Assembly: GCA_965216875.1 (NCBI GenBank) | Contig: OZ244207.1 | Coordinates: 2,272,001-2,336,000 of the forward strand | Direction of reading: 5' to 3' | Length of the DNA: 64,000 nucleotides | Origin: Rubripirellula sp. | Lineage (GTDB): Bacteria; Planctomycetota; Planctomycetia; Pirellulales; Pirellulaceae | Shown here: in pieces, positions 48,764-60,186 of the stretch | Layout: every line of letters starts with the position of its first letter | Position numbering within the stretch: the first letter of the stretch is position 1 | Translations under genes and position numbers: made by a program | The notes under the pieces: model-generated | Databases searched by the model: none | Seen by the model: only the letters and a program-made list of their open reading frames with translations | What the model was told of the DNA's origin: nothing

Positions 48764-51013
48764 ATGCACACGCAAGTCTCGCTTTCAAGCATTGGAAGCC
48801 TTATTGACGGGACACACGAGAACCCCACTGCAGTCCTAGGCCCACACACCGTGGACTACCGCGGAAGGACGGCGACAGCAGTGCGGACGTTGATCCCAAA
48901 CGCTTCGGCCGCATGGATCATTGACAAGGCCAGTGGCATCCGCAGGCCAATGAAACGACTCCATCCCGCTGGATTTTTTGAGGCGATTTGCGATGGTACG
49001 GTCGACGGCGGCCACCAACCCGAAGATGATGCGACAAGGGCGTCCGCCGCGGAATCAAGATATCGCATCCAGATGGCAAACAGTAACGGCGAAATTGTCG
49101 ACATGCAGGATCCTTACGCAGCTCCGAGCATCCTTAGCGACTTCGATCGCTATTTGATTGGTGAAGGGCGACACCACAAACTTTACGAACGACTCGGCGC
49201 ACAACTTCGTACGATCGATGGTGTGCAAGGCGTCAATTTCGCGGTTTGGGCCCCCAATGCCAAAACCGTCCAGATCGTTGGCGACTTCAATGGCTGGGAC
49301 GGACGCCAACATTCGGCCAAGGTTCACCCGCACCTCGGCATTTGGGAGTTGTTCATTCCCGATGCGAAGGTCGGCGACAAATACAAGTTCCGCGTCCTTT
49401 CCAAACAAGGCGAATGGGTCGACAAGAGCGACCCCGTCGGGTTCGCCGCCGAACTGCCGCCACTGACCGCGTCGATCGTTTCCGATCTGGACTACGACTG
49501 GAACGATTCGGGTTGGATGGAACGGCGCGCCAATTGGAACCCAATGCACTCGCCGATGAACGTGTACGAAGTGCACCTCGGCAGCTGGCAAAAAGGGCCG
49601 GGCCGCACACACGGCTGGCTCGACTACCGCGACCTCGCCAAACGATTGGTCGACTACTGCCATCGCATGAACTTCACCCACGTTGAATTGATGCCGGTCA
49701 GCGAGCATCCATTCACCGGATCGTGGGGCTATCAAACGGTCGGCTACTTTGCACCCACCAGCCGGCACGGCAGCCCCGAAGACTTCATGCACTTCGTCGA
49801 CTACATGCACCAACATGACATCGGCGTCATCATCGACTGGGTGCCAGCACACTTCCCCAAAGACGGTCACGGATTGGCCCGGTTCGATGGATCAGCACTT
49901 TATGAACACGCTGATCCTCGCCAGGGCGAGCATCCGGATTGGGGAACCATGATCTTCAATTATGGCCGCAATGAAGTGAAGAACTTCTTGATTGCGAACG
50001 GCCTGTTCTGGTTGGACAAGTACCACATCGATGGGCTTCGTGTCGACGCGGTCGCATCGATGCTTTACCTGGACTACAGCCGAGAAGGCGATGACTGGGT
50101 GCCAAACCAATATGGTGGCCGCGAGAACTTGGAAGCGATCGACTTCCTGCGTGACTTTAATGTTGCCGTGCACGAACAGTATCCCGGCGTAGTGACTGCT
50201 GCCGAAGAATCAACGGCATGGCCCGGCGTTTCACGTCCCACGTTTGATGGTGGCCTCGGCTTTACCTACAAGTGGAACATGGGCTGGATGAACGACACGC
50301 TCAGCTACATGCGTCACGAACCGGTTCATCGTAGCCATCATCAAAATGAATTGACGTTCAGCTTGATCTATGCCTTCACCGAAAACTTCATGCTGCCTCT
50401 GTCGCATGATGAGGTCGTGCACGGCAAAGGCGCCTTGCTGAGCCAAATGCCGGGTGATATGTGGCAAAAATTTGCCAACCTGCGTTTGCTCTACTCCTAC
50501 ATGTGGACCCATCCAGGCAAAAAGTTGCTCTTCATGGGCGGCGAACTGGCTCAATGGAACGAGTGGAACCACGATGATGGCCCGCAATGGGAACTGCTCG
50601 ACTTTGACACCCACCGAGGTGTCCAACAGTTGATCGCCGACTTGAACAAACTCGTGATCGAGAACCCGGCGCTCCACCACTTTGATTTCTCAGATGAAGG
50701 TTTCGAGTGGGTCGACTGCATGAATGCGGCCGAGAGCACACTTGTTTACCTCCGCAAGGGCGATGAGGGTGCGGCCCCAATCCTGGTGTGCAGCAACTTC
50801 ACTCCCGTTGTGCGTCACAACTATATGGTTGGTGTACCGCAATCGGGTTACTGGAAAGAAGTCTTCAACAGTGACAGCGAAGCCTACGGTGGCTCGAACG
50901 TCGGCAACTATCCAGGGTGCAATACACTGGGACGCGGCCACCATGGCCGGCCCGATAGTATTTCGATCACCATGCCGCCACTGGCAACCACCATCTACCG
51001 GCTCGAGTCGTAG
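48764..51013 (+). CDS. glgB: 1,4-alpha-glucan branching enzyme
   Basis: [67 protein letters not shown]. Confidence 0.98.
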   Translation: MHTQVSLSSIGSLIDGTHENPTAVLGPHTVDYRGRTATAVRTLIPNASAAWIIDKASGIRRPMKRLHPAGFFEAICDGTVDGGHQPEDDATRASAAESRYRIQMANSNGEIVDMQDPYAAPSILSDFDRYLIGEGRHHKLYERLGAQLRTIDGVQGVNFAVWAPNAKTVQIVGDFNGWDGRQHSAKVHPHLGIWELFIPDAKVGDKYKFRVLSKQGEWVDKSDPVGFAAELPPLTASIVSDLDYDWNDSGWMERRANWNPMHSPMNVYEVHLGSWQKGPGRTHGWLDYRDLAKRLVDYCHRMNFTHVELMPVSEHPFTGSWGYQTVGYFAPTSRHGSPEDFMHFVDYMHQHDIGVIIDWVPAHFPKDGHGLARFDGSALYEHADPRQGEHPDWGTMIFNYGRNEVKNFLIANGLFWLDKYHIDGLRVDAVASMLYLDYSREGDDWVPNQYGGRENLEAIDFLRDFNVAVHEQYPGVVTAAEESTAWPGVSRPTFDGGLGFTYKWNMGWMNDTLSYMRHEPVHRSHHQNELTFSLIYAFTENFMLPLSHDEVVHGKGALLSQMPGDMWQKFANLRLLYSYMWTHPGKKLLFMGGELAQWNEWNHDDGPQWELLDFDTHRGVQQLIADLNKLVIENPALHHFDFSDEGFEWVDCMNAAESTLVYLRKGDEGAAPILVCSNFTPVVRHNYMVGVPQSGYWKEVFNSDSEAYGGSNVGNYPGCNTLGRGHHGRPDSISITMPPLATTIYRLES

Positions 51014-51162
51014 TTGGGGGCCCAAGTGTGGGACCAGCCCCAAGTGTGGGGGCGGGGACGACAGACACTTGCCCCGGCGGGCGGTATACTAAAGAGCGTT
51101 CGCCCTGCATGGGGCAACGTTGCGTCCAGAATCGTACTTTTCAACTAGCCAAACTTGCCATC

Positions 51163-51576
51163 ATGCCCGTCAAGATGCAACTGGCTCGGATCATCATCTC
51201 CGAGCTTACCGACAACCAGGTCATTTACCTGCAAGAGGTTGACGGGAATCGCGAGTTTCCGATTTTGATTGGGATCTTTGAGGCGACGAACATTGATCGT
51301 CGCGTCAAAGAAGACTACCAGCCGCTGAGGCCGTTGACCCACGACTTGATTGTGAGTGTCGCCAAGTCACTCGGGGCGACCGTTGATAGCGTCGTGATCA
51401 GTGAGCTAAACGAACACACCTATTTCGCGCAGCTGCGGCTCAAGAAAGAGGACGGCACCATCGTTGAAATCGATTCGCGTCCCAGCGATGCGATCGCCGT
51501 CGCCGTCACCTTCTCTCCGCCACTGCCGATCTACGTCAGCGAACACGTGCTTGAAGAAGCCACGTCGACGATCTAA
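51163..51576 (+). CDS. Bifunctional nuclease family (DUF151) protein
   Basis: FPILIGIFEA..I, RPLTHDL, YFAQL, IDSRPSDAIA.A....PIYV. Confidence 0.92.
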   Translation: MPVKMQLARIIISELTDNQVIYLQEVDGNREFPILIGIFEATNIDRRVKEDYQPLRPLTHDLIVSVAKSLGATVDSVVISELNEHTYFAQLRLKKEDGTIVEIDSRPSDAIAVAVTFSPPLPIYVSEHVLEEATSTI

Positions 51577-51726
51577 GTCGACGCACCTTGCCCGTGTACA
51601 GCCCGCGACGCGACGAAAGCAACAAGTTGCAAAGGGTCACGGTCCGCCCCCGCTTCCGACAGACCGGCATCAGGTGCATACTTTCGAAGTCGTGGAATTC
51701 TTCACCGTAGCCGCCCTTCGCTCACA

Positions 51727-52590
51727 ATGCATCAGCTCGAATCGCCCCAAGCCGCACGCCAATACGTGCTCGACCAACGGTCCGGCGGTCGCACTGTCGG
51801 AATCGTTCCCACGATGGGAGCGCTCCATGATGGTCACCTGTCACTCGTTCGACTAAGCAAGGCGAAGTGCGACGTCACCATCGCGACCATCTTCGTGAAC
51901 CCAACCCAGTTCGGCCCTGGCGAAGACTTAAAGCGGTATCCACGCGATCTTGAAAAAGACATGTCGCTGCTTGGCGGGGAAGGGTGCGACGCCGTTTTCA
52001 CCCCCGAAGTGCCGCAGATGTACCCCGAGGGCTTCAGCACCTTTGTCCAACCACCCGAGGTAGGTTTGTCTCTCGAAGGCAAGCATCGCCCCGATCACTT
52101 TCGTGGCGTCACCACCATTGTGCTCAAGCTCTTCAATTGTCTGCCTGCGACGCACGCGTTTTTCGGACGAAAGGATTACCAACAGTGGAAAGTGATCGAG
52201 GCGATGGTCCGCGATCTCGATGTTGGTATCGACGTCCTGGCTGGCGGCATCGTGCGCGAAGATGACGGCTTGGCGATGAGCAGCAGAAACGCCTACCTGT
52301 CAACGGAGCAGCGACAAACGGCTCTGCTGTTATCGAGCGCTCTTCAAAAAGCGAAATCAGCTTTCGAATCTGGCCAGCGGAGCATCGATGTTCTGCAGGC
52401 GGAAATGCGTCAGGTCTTGGCCGGCATCGACTCGAACAACGCAGGCGTCGACAAAATCGACTACGCCGTCATCGTCGATGCCGACAACCTATCGCCCATC
52501 GCATCCATCGAAAACAAACAGGCCGTCGCGTTGATCGCCGCCTGGGTTGGCAAGACGCGATTGATCGATAACCTGCTTCTTTCCCAATAG
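51727..52590 (+). CDS. panC: Pantoate--beta-alanine ligase
   Basis: VPTMGALHDGHLSL, IFVNPTQF, RPDHFRGV, FGRKDYQQ, GLAMSSRN, TRLIDN. Confidence 0.98.
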   Translation: MHQLESPQAARQYVLDQRSGGRTVGIVPTMGALHDGHLSLVRLSKAKCDVTIATIFVNPTQFGPGEDLKRYPRDLEKDMSLLGGEGCDAVFTPEVPQMYPEGFSTFVQPPEVGLSLEGKHRPDHFRGVTTIVLKLFNCLPATHAFFGRKDYQQWKVIEAMVRDLDVGIDVLAGGIVREDDGLAMSSRNAYLSTEQRQTALLLSSALQKAKSAFESGQRSIDVLQAEMRQVLAGIDSNNAGVDKIDYAVIVDADNLSPIASIENKQAVALIAAWVGKTRLIDNLLLSQ

Positions 52591-52626
52591 CCACTTTGTG
52601 AACAAACGTCCTAAGGCACTCTTGGA

Positions 52627-53595
52627 ATGATTGAACGAATCCTTGTCACTGGCGGCGCCGGCTTTCTGGGGTCCCATATTTGCGAGAAGCTGGTCGATGC
52701 CGGTCACGATGTGATCTGTCTGGACAACTTCTTCACCAGTCAAAAGACCAATGTTTCGCACTTGCTCAGTCGCCCGAACTTCGAATTGATTCGGCACGAC
52801 ATCACGCTGCCGATCCACCTGGAAGTGGATCAGATTTACAACTTGGCTTGCCCAGCCGCGCCCGGCCACTATCAATTCAATCCGATCAAGACGATCAAAA
52901 CCAACGTGCTCGGTGCAATCAACATGCTCGGCGTCGCCAAGCGTTGTGGCGCCAGGATCTTGCAAGCAAGCACAAGCGAAGTCTACGGCGATCCCGAAGT
53001 ACACCCGCAAGTCGAGAGCTACCGCGGCAGCGTCAACCCGATTGGCATTCGTGCCTGTTACGACGAAGGCAAACGGGTCGCCGAAACACTCTTCATGGAC
53101 TACCACCGCAGCAACAATGTGGATGTTCGTATTGTGCGGATCTTCAACACCTACGGGCCGCGGATGCATCCTTACGATGGACGTGTCGTTTCAAACTTCA
53201 TTCGACAAGCGCTCGTTGGAGATGACATCACAATTTTCGGAGATGGTTCGCAAACCCGTTCGTTCTGCTATCGCGATGACTTGTGTGACGCAATCATTGG
53301 CATGATGAGTCAAGATTCGTTTATTGGTCCCGTCAACATTGGCAATCCCGTCGAGTTCACCATTCGCGAGCTCGCCGAACTCGTCATTGAACAATCTGGC
53401 TCGGCAAGCAAGCTCGTTGAACGCCCTCTTCCGTCAGACGATCCGACTCGGCGGCGGCCCGACATCTCCCTGGCCAAAGAAAAGCTAGGCTGGGAGCCCA
53501 CAACGCCACTCCAAGACGGGCTTCAAAAGACAATCGACTGGTTCAAATCGATCGACCTCGGCGACTACCGCCCCCCGACCCCCAACTTCAAATAG
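52627..53595 (+). CDS. UDP-glucuronate decarboxylase (UDP-xylose synthase)
   Basis: [68 protein letters not shown]. Confidence 0.93.
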   Translation: MIERILVTGGAGFLGSHICEKLVDAGHDVICLDNFFTSQKTNVSHLLSRPNFELIRHDITLPIHLEVDQIYNLACPAAPGHYQFNPIKTIKTNVLGAINMLGVAKRCGARILQASTSEVYGDPEVHPQVESYRGSVNPIGIRACYDEGKRVAETLFMDYHRSNNVDVRIVRIFNTYGPRMHPYDGRVVSNFIRQALVGDDITIFGDGSQTRSFCYRDDLCDAIIGMMSQDSFIGPVNIGNPVEFTIRELAELVIEQSGSASKLVERPLPSDDPTRRRPDISLAKEKLGWEPTTPLQDGLQKTIDWFKSIDLGDYRPPTPNFK

Positions 53596-53787
53596 AGGTC
53601 TCGCGCCGTTTTCGGAATGAGAGTTGGATGCGAGAACCGCGCTAGTTTGCCGCGAGCCAGCTAGTGGTATGGCACGCCGCGCCGCGTTAACCATAATGGG
53701 TAGGTGTGATGACTCGCGATGCGGACGTTGGCTTTAGGCCTTTTCCCCTCGCCAAACACCCCCGCCTCGATATCGAAATTCGATTCT

Positions 53788-54783
53788 TTGTCAGATCAAG
53801 AACCACAACCACATTCCATCTCGTTCGTCATTCCGATGATGGACGAAGAGCAAACGCTCGAAAAGCTGCACTCCGAAATAGCTAAGCAGTGCGAGACGCT
53901 GGGCATTGAGTTCCAAATCGTCTTTGTCGACGATGGCTCGACAGACAACTCATGGCAAGTTGTCAGTGGCCTCGTTAAAGCCCACCCGACAACGACCCAG
54001 GCGATCCGGTTTCGACGGAACTTCGGCAAAGCAGCCGCCTTATCGGCTGGCTTTGAACAATGCCGCTGTGAACTGGTCATCACGATGGACGCTGACTTAC
54101 AAGACGATCCCAAAGAGATCCCTCGCTTTTTGGAGAAGCTTGACGAAGGCTACGATGTCGTCAGCGGTTGGAAGAAAGTGCGTCACGATCCGTGGCACAA
54201 AGTACTGCCCAGCCGCGTCTTCAATGCGTTGGTCAGCGGCCTGACGAAGGTCAAGTTGCACGACCACAATTGCGGATTCAAAGCCTACCGCCGCGACATC
54301 TTTGACGAAGTGACGTTGTACGGCGAACAACATCGTTTCGTTCCAGTACTCGCTTCGGCCAAAGGATGGAAGGTTGCCGAGATCGAAGTCGAGCACCATG
54401 CCCGAGAATTCGGCCGCAGCAAATATGGTGTCTCACGGCTTGTTAAAGGATTCTTGGATCTGCTCACCGTTCACTTTTTGACCGGCTATGTCGGTCGCCC
54501 GTTGCACTTGATTGGCACCTTCGGGTTAATCTCGTTTGCCGGTGGTCTCGGTTGCATGCTCTATCTGACTGCGACGTGGGTGTTGTCCCGATTGAGCGAC
54601 AATTGGGAAGACGTTCACCTGCACGAATCGGCGCTTTTTTATTACTGCATCCTAGCCGTGCTGCTTGGTTGCCAGCTCTTGGTCGCCGGGCTCTTGGCCG
54701 AGCTGATCGTTTGGCGAACGCGCAGCTCACACCAACCCTTTAGCGTTGCCGAGCGCATCGGAGAGCAGCAAGTCGACCAATGA
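53788..54783 (+). CDS. GT2 polyprenol-phosphate glycosyltransferase (ArnC/GtrB/DPM1-like)
   Basis: FVDDGSTD, RNFGKAAAL.AG, MDADLQDDP, DVVSGW, DHNCGFKAYR, HRF.P, two C-terminal TMs; start uncertain (53719/53788). Confidence 0.9.
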   Translation: MSDQEPQPHSISFVIPMMDEEQTLEKLHSEIAKQCETLGIEFQIVFVDDGSTDNSWQVVSGLVKAHPTTTQAIRFRRNFGKAAALSAGFEQCRCELVITMDADLQDDPKEIPRFLEKLDEGYDVVSGWKKVRHDPWHKVLPSRVFNALVSGLTKVKLHDHNCGFKAYRRDIFDEVTLYGEQHRFVPVLASAKGWKVAEIEVEHHAREFGRSKYGVSRLVKGFLDLLTVHFLTGYVGRPLHLIGTFGLISFAGGLGCMLYLTATWVLSRLSDNWEDVHLHESALFYYCILAVLLGCQLLVAGLLAELIVWRTRSSHQPFSVAERIGEQQVDQ

Positions 54784-56438
54784 ATCGTGAACTCGACAAT
54801 GGGCTGCATCAACGACGATCGGCAACTCGCATCCTGATTCTGATCGCCCTCGCGATCGCCGCCGGACGCATCGCGGTCGTCACGCGCGACGGCGTGACCG
54901 CATTCCTGAGCGCGAATGACCGAAGTCGGTGGGCCACCATCGCCTCGCTCGTCGAGCACGGGACCTATTCGATCGATACGCAAGAAGCGATCACCGTCCC
55001 CAATCCAATCTCCAAAAAGGCGTATCGGCCTTGGTTCACGATCGACAAGGTCCAACATGTCGGCAGTGACGGCAAGCTGCATTTCTACAGCAGTAAGCCG
55101 CCACTCTTTCCCACGATGGTCGCCGGAGTCTATGCGGTCGCGCAGTTCGTGTTGGGCATGACCTTGACCGAGCAGCCGATGTACATGACGCGGATCATGC
55201 TTGCGCTGATCAATCTTCCGCTGCTCGCCCTTTTTCTGTTCGCCACTTGTGAGTGTGTCAATCGCGTTTGCCGAAGCGATTGGGCGGCGCGTTTGAGCGT
55301 GCTTTGTGTTTGTTTTGCGACGATGATGATCCCATTCTCCATTTCGCTCAACAATCACCTGCCCGCTGCGGCGGCGACGGCGGGGGTGATGTGGATCTAT
55401 CTGCTTGCCGCCGAGCGACTTGACCAATCACGACGGGACCAAGCAGATGGCGTCACGCCAAAAGAAGTTTCGCCGTGGTTGTGGTTTGCCGCCGGCCTGA
55501 GCGCGGCCTTTGCCGCCGCGAATGAGTTGCCAGCGCTCTCGATGATGGCTTTCTGGGGACTGCTGTTTGCGCTCCTCTCGCGCAAATCCGTTCTACCTTT
55601 TGCCGCCGGAATCGCCGTTGTTGCCATCGGCTTTTTTGGCACCAACTGGATTGCCCATCAAAGCTGGCGTCCGCCCTATGCCCATCGCGGGGTCGGTGAC
55701 GCAATTGGCAAGCTCGAGAGCGCTGCGACAGCGCCCGACCAACAGTCGGTGGACACCTTTCACCAAATGCTGATCGACGCAGGCCTGGAAACCGCTGCTG
55801 GAGAAACTTCGCTCAAACCCTCCGATGAACCGAACCGCTGGGTGCTTAGCGTGGGCGAAGTTCCCTACGCCGTGATCAACACAAACGCCGGCTCCGCGGA
55901 GGAGATCCGCACCTACAAACTCGCTCATTGGGATGACTGGTACGAATACCCTGGCACGCATTGGAAACCAGAGAATCTGAAAAGTGTGGACAAAGGCGAG
56001 CCTTCGCGTCTTGTCTATTTTGCCCACATGACCATTGGTCACCATGGCGTCTTTTCGCTGACGCCAATTTGGATCCTTGTGCCAATCGGACTTATTTATG
56101 GATTGGGGTTTGGCCCCAGCGATCATCGACGGCTCATGCTTGCGATTTTGGTCGCTACTTCCGTTTGCGTCGCTTTCTATATCGCTCGGCCCGAAATTGA
56201 CCGAAATTACGGGGGAGTGAGTGTTTGTTTTCGATGGTTGCTGTGGTTCGCACCGCTATGGTTGTTGGCGATCGCACCGGTGATCGACCGAATGGCCGAT
56301 TCGCGGCGACTTCGAGCAGCGCTGAAGATAATGCTTGCATTGAGCGTCTTTTCCGTTTCGACGGCGCTTTCATCGCCATGGCAGCACCCGTGGTTGTACC
56401 AATACTGGCGTTTTCTGGGCCTATTTGGCCTGGATTGA
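54780..56438 (+). CDS. Polytopic membrane protein, probable GT-C-fold glycosyltransferase
   Basis: TM1, then a loop with NDRSRW and a YSSKPP motif (ArnT/PMT-like 'D..Y...KPP' arrangement), about 10 further TMs, LNNH, RW near the C-terminus; ATGA overlap with the GT2 gene. Confidence 0.7.
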   Translation: MNRELDNGLHQRRSATRILILIALAIAAGRIAVVTRDGVTAFLSANDRSRWATIASLVEHGTYSIDTQEAITVPNPISKKAYRPWFTIDKVQHVGSDGKLHFYSSKPPLFPTMVAGVYAVAQFVLGMTLTEQPMYMTRIMLALINLPLLALFLFATCECVNRVCRSDWAARLSVLCVCFATMMIPFSISLNNHLPAAAATAGVMWIYLLAAERLDQSRRDQADGVTPKEVSPWLWFAAGLSAAFAAANELPALSMMAFWGLLFALLSRKSVLPFAAGIAVVAIGFFGTNWIAHQSWRPPYAHRGVGDAIGKLESAATAPDQQSVDTFHQMLIDAGLETAAGETSLKPSDEPNRWVLSVGEVPYAVINTNAGSAEEIRTYKLAHWDDWYEYPGTHWKPENLKSVDKGEPSRLVYFAHMTIGHHGVFSLTPIWILVPIGLIYGLGFGPSDHRRLMLAILVATSVCVAFYIARPEIDRNYGGVSVCFRWLLWFAPLWLLAIAPVIDRMADSRRLRAALKIMLALSVFSVSTALSSPWQHPWLYQYWRFLGLFGLD

Positions 56439-56548
56439 ATGCGCGTCGAGGGTCTACCATCATCGCGTCGACGATTGCGCCGATTGGCCGCTCGCTAGGA
56501 AAGCGACGCTGACTCGGCTTATCAATTGCTGTCAACAAGGAACCTCTA

Positions 56549-59500
56549 TTGACCGGCACGGATGCCGTGACGCAAACGCTGCGTCCGAGACGAATGTCTC
56601 GACTGTTCGTCGCTGCGCTGTTCCTGTTTGCATCCGCGGTGGTGATTCGTTCGCTGGCGCCCCAGACCGTTGGCGAAACGGCGCGTCGCAAGTTCGAGTC
56701 GCAGCTTCAAGAACACTACGGCGACCTTGCCGTTTCGATTGGCCGCGGACGCTATGAACCGCAGGTCGGCTTGATCTTTGAAGACATCGAGATTTCTGAG
56801 CCCGCCGAATCGAATTTCCAGTTTCGATTGAAACAGATGGTTCGCATCGCGCGCTTGACCGTGGTTGCCGACCTGAAGCCAGAAAAGCTGCTCGACAAAC
56901 AGATTCCGATGCAAACGCGGCGGGTCGTGCTCGACGGGGTTCAGGCCAATGCATGGCTCGATGCGGACGGCCAGATCTCGCTGGCGAAGCTGATGCCCTG
57001 CCCACAACTTGGTCCGGCCGCGCCGGTGATGCAGATTCGCGACGCAAAGATCCGTCTGATGGGCAGCCGCGCGCAAAGCCGTCCGATTGATGTGGAAATC
57101 GTCGACGCCGTGATCAAGAGCACGCCCAACGCGAGTGGCTGTTCCGACAAATCAATGACCATTCGTGGACGCTCCGACTTTGCAAACGAATTCGTTGCTC
57201 AGTGTGACATCGTCGATTCGGTTAGCGACATCCGAGTCGCGGTGAAGGATGCCCACTTTGATCGCGACCTTTTCGAACGGTTGCCAACGCCCTGGAGTGA
57301 CCTGATCCGCCAAGCGCGCGATCTCGATTGTGTGGGCGACCTCTCGCTGACGATGCTACGCGCCGCCGACGGTCGCATGAACTACCGTTTGCGAACGACC
57401 ATTCACGAAGGCAGGTACCTTCACGGTTCGTTGCCAAAACCGATCACCGGATTGCGAGGGATCATCGTTGCCGAGCCAACCGGCGTGACCATCGAAGCGT
57501 CACAAGCGATGCTCGGCGATGCCGTGGTTCGAGCGACAGGCAAGATCGAAGGCTTTGACGCCAACGCCAAAGTCGACCTGAACGTCTCGGCACGTGGCCT
57601 GTTGCTTGACGATTCGCTCGCATCCGCACTGCCGCCGAATCTGCGGACCGGTTGGGGCAAACTCCAGCCCTACGGACGCGTCGACATTGATGCCGATGTC
57701 ACAGCGCAAGCGGGCGTCGTGACTCACAATGCCGTGGTCAACTGCAAGGGCGTCGACGTCCGATACGAAAAGTTCCCCTATCCCGTCGAACAACTCGTCG
57801 GCCGTGTTGAAATTCACGACGGCATCGCGACCGCAGAATCACTCGATGGTCGTTTGGGGGGCAATCGAATGCAATGTGCCTTTCGATTGCCGATCAAGCC
57901 TGGCATCACCAACGAAAAGTCGTTCGTGATCGCGACTGACGGCCCCGTTCCGATCGACGATACGTTGGTGTCGTCCCTTTCGCCGCGTGGCAGCCCGATG
58001 ACGAAGTTGGAATCGTTCGTCCGGTCGCTTCGGCCGCGTGGCTCGGTTCATCTGGTTCGCGCTTCGTTGGTGACCGACGCAGCGGGGCGTGCAAGTCGCA
58101 ATGTCGACCTGCGAGTCGTCGACGGGCACATGCGCTACGAGAAGTTCGCCTACCCACTCTACAACGTCGAAGGCCAAATCCTGGTCGAAGATGACCTGGT
58201 GAAGCTCAACGGCTTTCGCGCAACCAATGCAAACGCGGCACTGATCCTGTGCGATGGCGGCTATCAAATGCCGAGCAAGAAGGTTCCGCAAACAGCGACC
58301 GCCGCGATCATGCGCAGCAACGACTCGCATTTGGCTTTGCGGTTTCGCGCGTCCAACTTGCCCATGGACGATTCGCTTCGCGCCTCCCTTCCAGCTCACA
58401 CTCAATCGACGTGGGATGCCATTTCGCCCACCGGCATGCTTGATGAGTTGAACGTGGTCGTCGGACAACAGGGATCGTCATCACCTTTGGCATTGGACAT
58501 CACTGCGATTCAAAGGCCGACCAACCAAGTCACCCATCGATCGCTCAGCATCCGGCCACCGTCGCTTCCTTACCGACTTGACATTACTGGCGGAAGCGTC
58601 CGTTTCGACGGAACTCAAGTGATCATTGACTCGATCAACGCGCGGCATGAGGCATCGACCCTGGCTGCCGACGGAGGCTGTGTCCGATCGGCGGACGGGC
58701 GTTGGGAGCTGCTTTTGAACCTACACAGCGGCAGTCGCTTGCATCCCGACAACGAACTGATCGCCGCGCTGCCGACTCAGATGCGTGAAGCCATGCGAAG
58801 ATTGCAATTGCGCGGCCCTGTCAGCCTTCGCGGCAACACGCGTTTGTTGCTTTCCAATGAATCGTTTCCCGAACCCAAGATCGACTGGAACCTTGTCCTG
58901 CAACTGGAAGGAAACCGGATTGCAGACGTCGGTCCCGTTCACTCCTTGCGTGGGGAGATTTCCGTCGAAGGCTCGCGCGACGAATTTGGTCTCAACGCCC
59001 GAGGCCGCGTCAAAATCGACTCGATGCACGTCAATGATCTGCAAATCACTCGCATCGAAGGCCCCTACGCGATCACGGGCGACCGCCTGATCCTCGGCGG
59101 CGGACTGCCCCAACGACTGAGCCGACCGACCGTTGCCACGATCAACCAAGGTGGCTCCGAAAACAGCATTCGCGGGCGCATGTTCGACGGAACGCTGCGG
59201 CTCGATGGCGAGCTTGTCCTTTCCAATGCGCAATTCGACGTCGACTTGGCGGTCGATGACGCGCGCGTCAACACGCTCCTGGCTGACTTTGGCTACAGCG
59301 GCAGCGGATTGACCGGGACACTCAGTGGCAAGACAGAATTGCAAGGCAACCTCGGATCGCCTGACCTACTCAAGGGAAGTGGTGCGGCGCGCGTCGAGGG
59401 AGCCAACCTGTATCAGCTGCCGTTGATCGTCCAACTGTTGAACCAATTGCGCATCACGCCGACTGAAGATGTTGCCTTTACTGATGGCGAAATCGTCTTC

Positions 59501-59845
59501 ACCGTGTTTGGCGACACCGTCACCTTTGGCGACATGCAGATCTGGGGCGACCTGGTTGCGTTGCACGGGGGCGGAACGATGAACCGCCGCCGTGAACTTG
59601 ACCTTACGTTCAACACCAGAGTGAGCCCGCAAAACACATTCACCCAAGTCTTGAGACCGCTTCGAAGTAAGCGATACACCCTGTGGACGATCGATGTAAA
59701 AGGACCGTTGGCTTCGCCAGAGATTGAGCGACGAGCACTTGAAGGCGTCGGCGAAACCCTCGAAATGATTTTCCCAGCAATGGGAACCAAAAGTGAGGAT
59801 GGTACGGAACCGGAAACAGCCGGTTTCGGAAATTGGTTTCGTTAG
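56549..59845 (+). CDS. AsmA-like (TamB/YhdP superfamily) envelope protein
   Basis: N-terminal TM anchor, about 1050 aa of beta-rich repeats (YEKFPYP.E.L.G twice), C-terminal L.G.GT.....ELDL...IDVKGPL.SPEI. Confidence 0.8.
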   Translation: MTGTDAVTQTLRPRRMSRLFVAALFLFASAVVIRSLAPQTVGETARRKFESQLQEHYGDLAVSIGRGRYEPQVGLIFEDIEISEPAESNFQFRLKQMVRIARLTVVADLKPEKLLDKQIPMQTRRVVLDGVQANAWLDADGQISLAKLMPCPQLGPAAPVMQIRDAKIRLMGSRAQSRPIDVEIVDAVIKSTPNASGCSDKSMTIRGRSDFANEFVAQCDIVDSVSDIRVAVKDAHFDRDLFERLPTPWSDLIRQARDLDCVGDLSLTMLRAADGRMNYRLRTTIHEGRYLHGSLPKPITGLRGIIVAEPTGVTIEASQAMLGDAVVRATGKIEGFDANAKVDLNVSARGLLLDDSLASALPPNLRTGWGKLQPYGRVDIDADVTAQAGVVTHNAVVNCKGVDVRYEKFPYPVEQLVGRVEIHDGIATAESLDGRLGGNRMQCAFRLPIKPGITNEKSFVIATDGPVPIDDTLVSSLSPRGSPMTKLESFVRSLRPRGSVHLVRASLVTDAAGRASRNVDLRVVDGHMRYEKFAYPLYNVEGQILVEDDLVKLNGFRATNANAALILCDGGYQMPSKKVPQTATAAIMRSNDSHLALRFRASNLPMDDSLRASLPAHTQSTWDAISPTGMLDELNVVVGQQGSSSPLALDITAIQRPTNQVTHRSLSIRPPSLPYRLDITGGSVRFDGTQVIIDSINARHEASTLAADGGCVRSADGRWELLLNLHSGSRLHPDNELIAALPTQMREAMRRLQLRGPVSLRGNTRLLLSNESFPEPKIDWNLVLQLEGNRIADVGPVHSLRGEISVEGSRDEFGLNARGRVKIDSMHVNDLQITRIEGPYAITGDRLILGGGLPQRLSRPTVATINQGGSENSIRGRMFDGTLRLDGELVLSNAQFDVDLAVDDARVNTLLADFGYSGSGLTGTLSGKTELQGNLGSPDLLKGSGAARVEGANLYQLPLIVQLLNQLRITPTEDVAFTDGEIVFTVFGDTVTFGDMQIWGDLVALHGGGTMNRRRELDLTFNTRVSPQNTFTQVLRPLRSKRYTLWTIDVKGPLASPEIERRALEGVGETLEMIFPAMGTKSEDGTEPETAGFGNWFR

Positions 59846-59856
59846 GAGGATGATCG

Positions 59857-60186
59857 ATGAATATCAATCCGAGCGCGGCCGCGTCAGTGGCCGGGACATC
59901 ACGCGCAGCCGCTCGTGGCGGTGAATCTGAGAACCAATCTGCGGAAGCGACCAAACAACAAGCCAAATCGGACGCTCCCGGTGGCAAAGGCGGCGACACC
60001 GCGGCGGTCGACGCGGGCGATCACGCCGATGACCGGTACGGCGACGGACGCCAAACACTCGATACCTTTGAACGCTCCGACAGCGAAGAGAAGCCCGAGG
60101 AGACCAAAGAGCAGGCCGAAACGCCCACTGCGCCTCTGTCGACCGATGAGCCGGAGTCTGGCGGGCATCTCGACCTCCAGGCCTAA
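59857..60186 (+). CDS. Small acidic, probably disordered hypothetical protein
   Basis: AGGAGG RBS; 109 aa; DR..DGRQ motif and C-terminal GGHLDLQA. Confidence 0.75.
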   Translation: MNINPSAAASVAGTSRAAARGGESENQSAEATKQQAKSDAPGGKGGDTAAVDAGDHADDRYGDGRQTLDTFERSDSEEKPEETKEQAETPTAPLSTDEPESGGHLDLQA

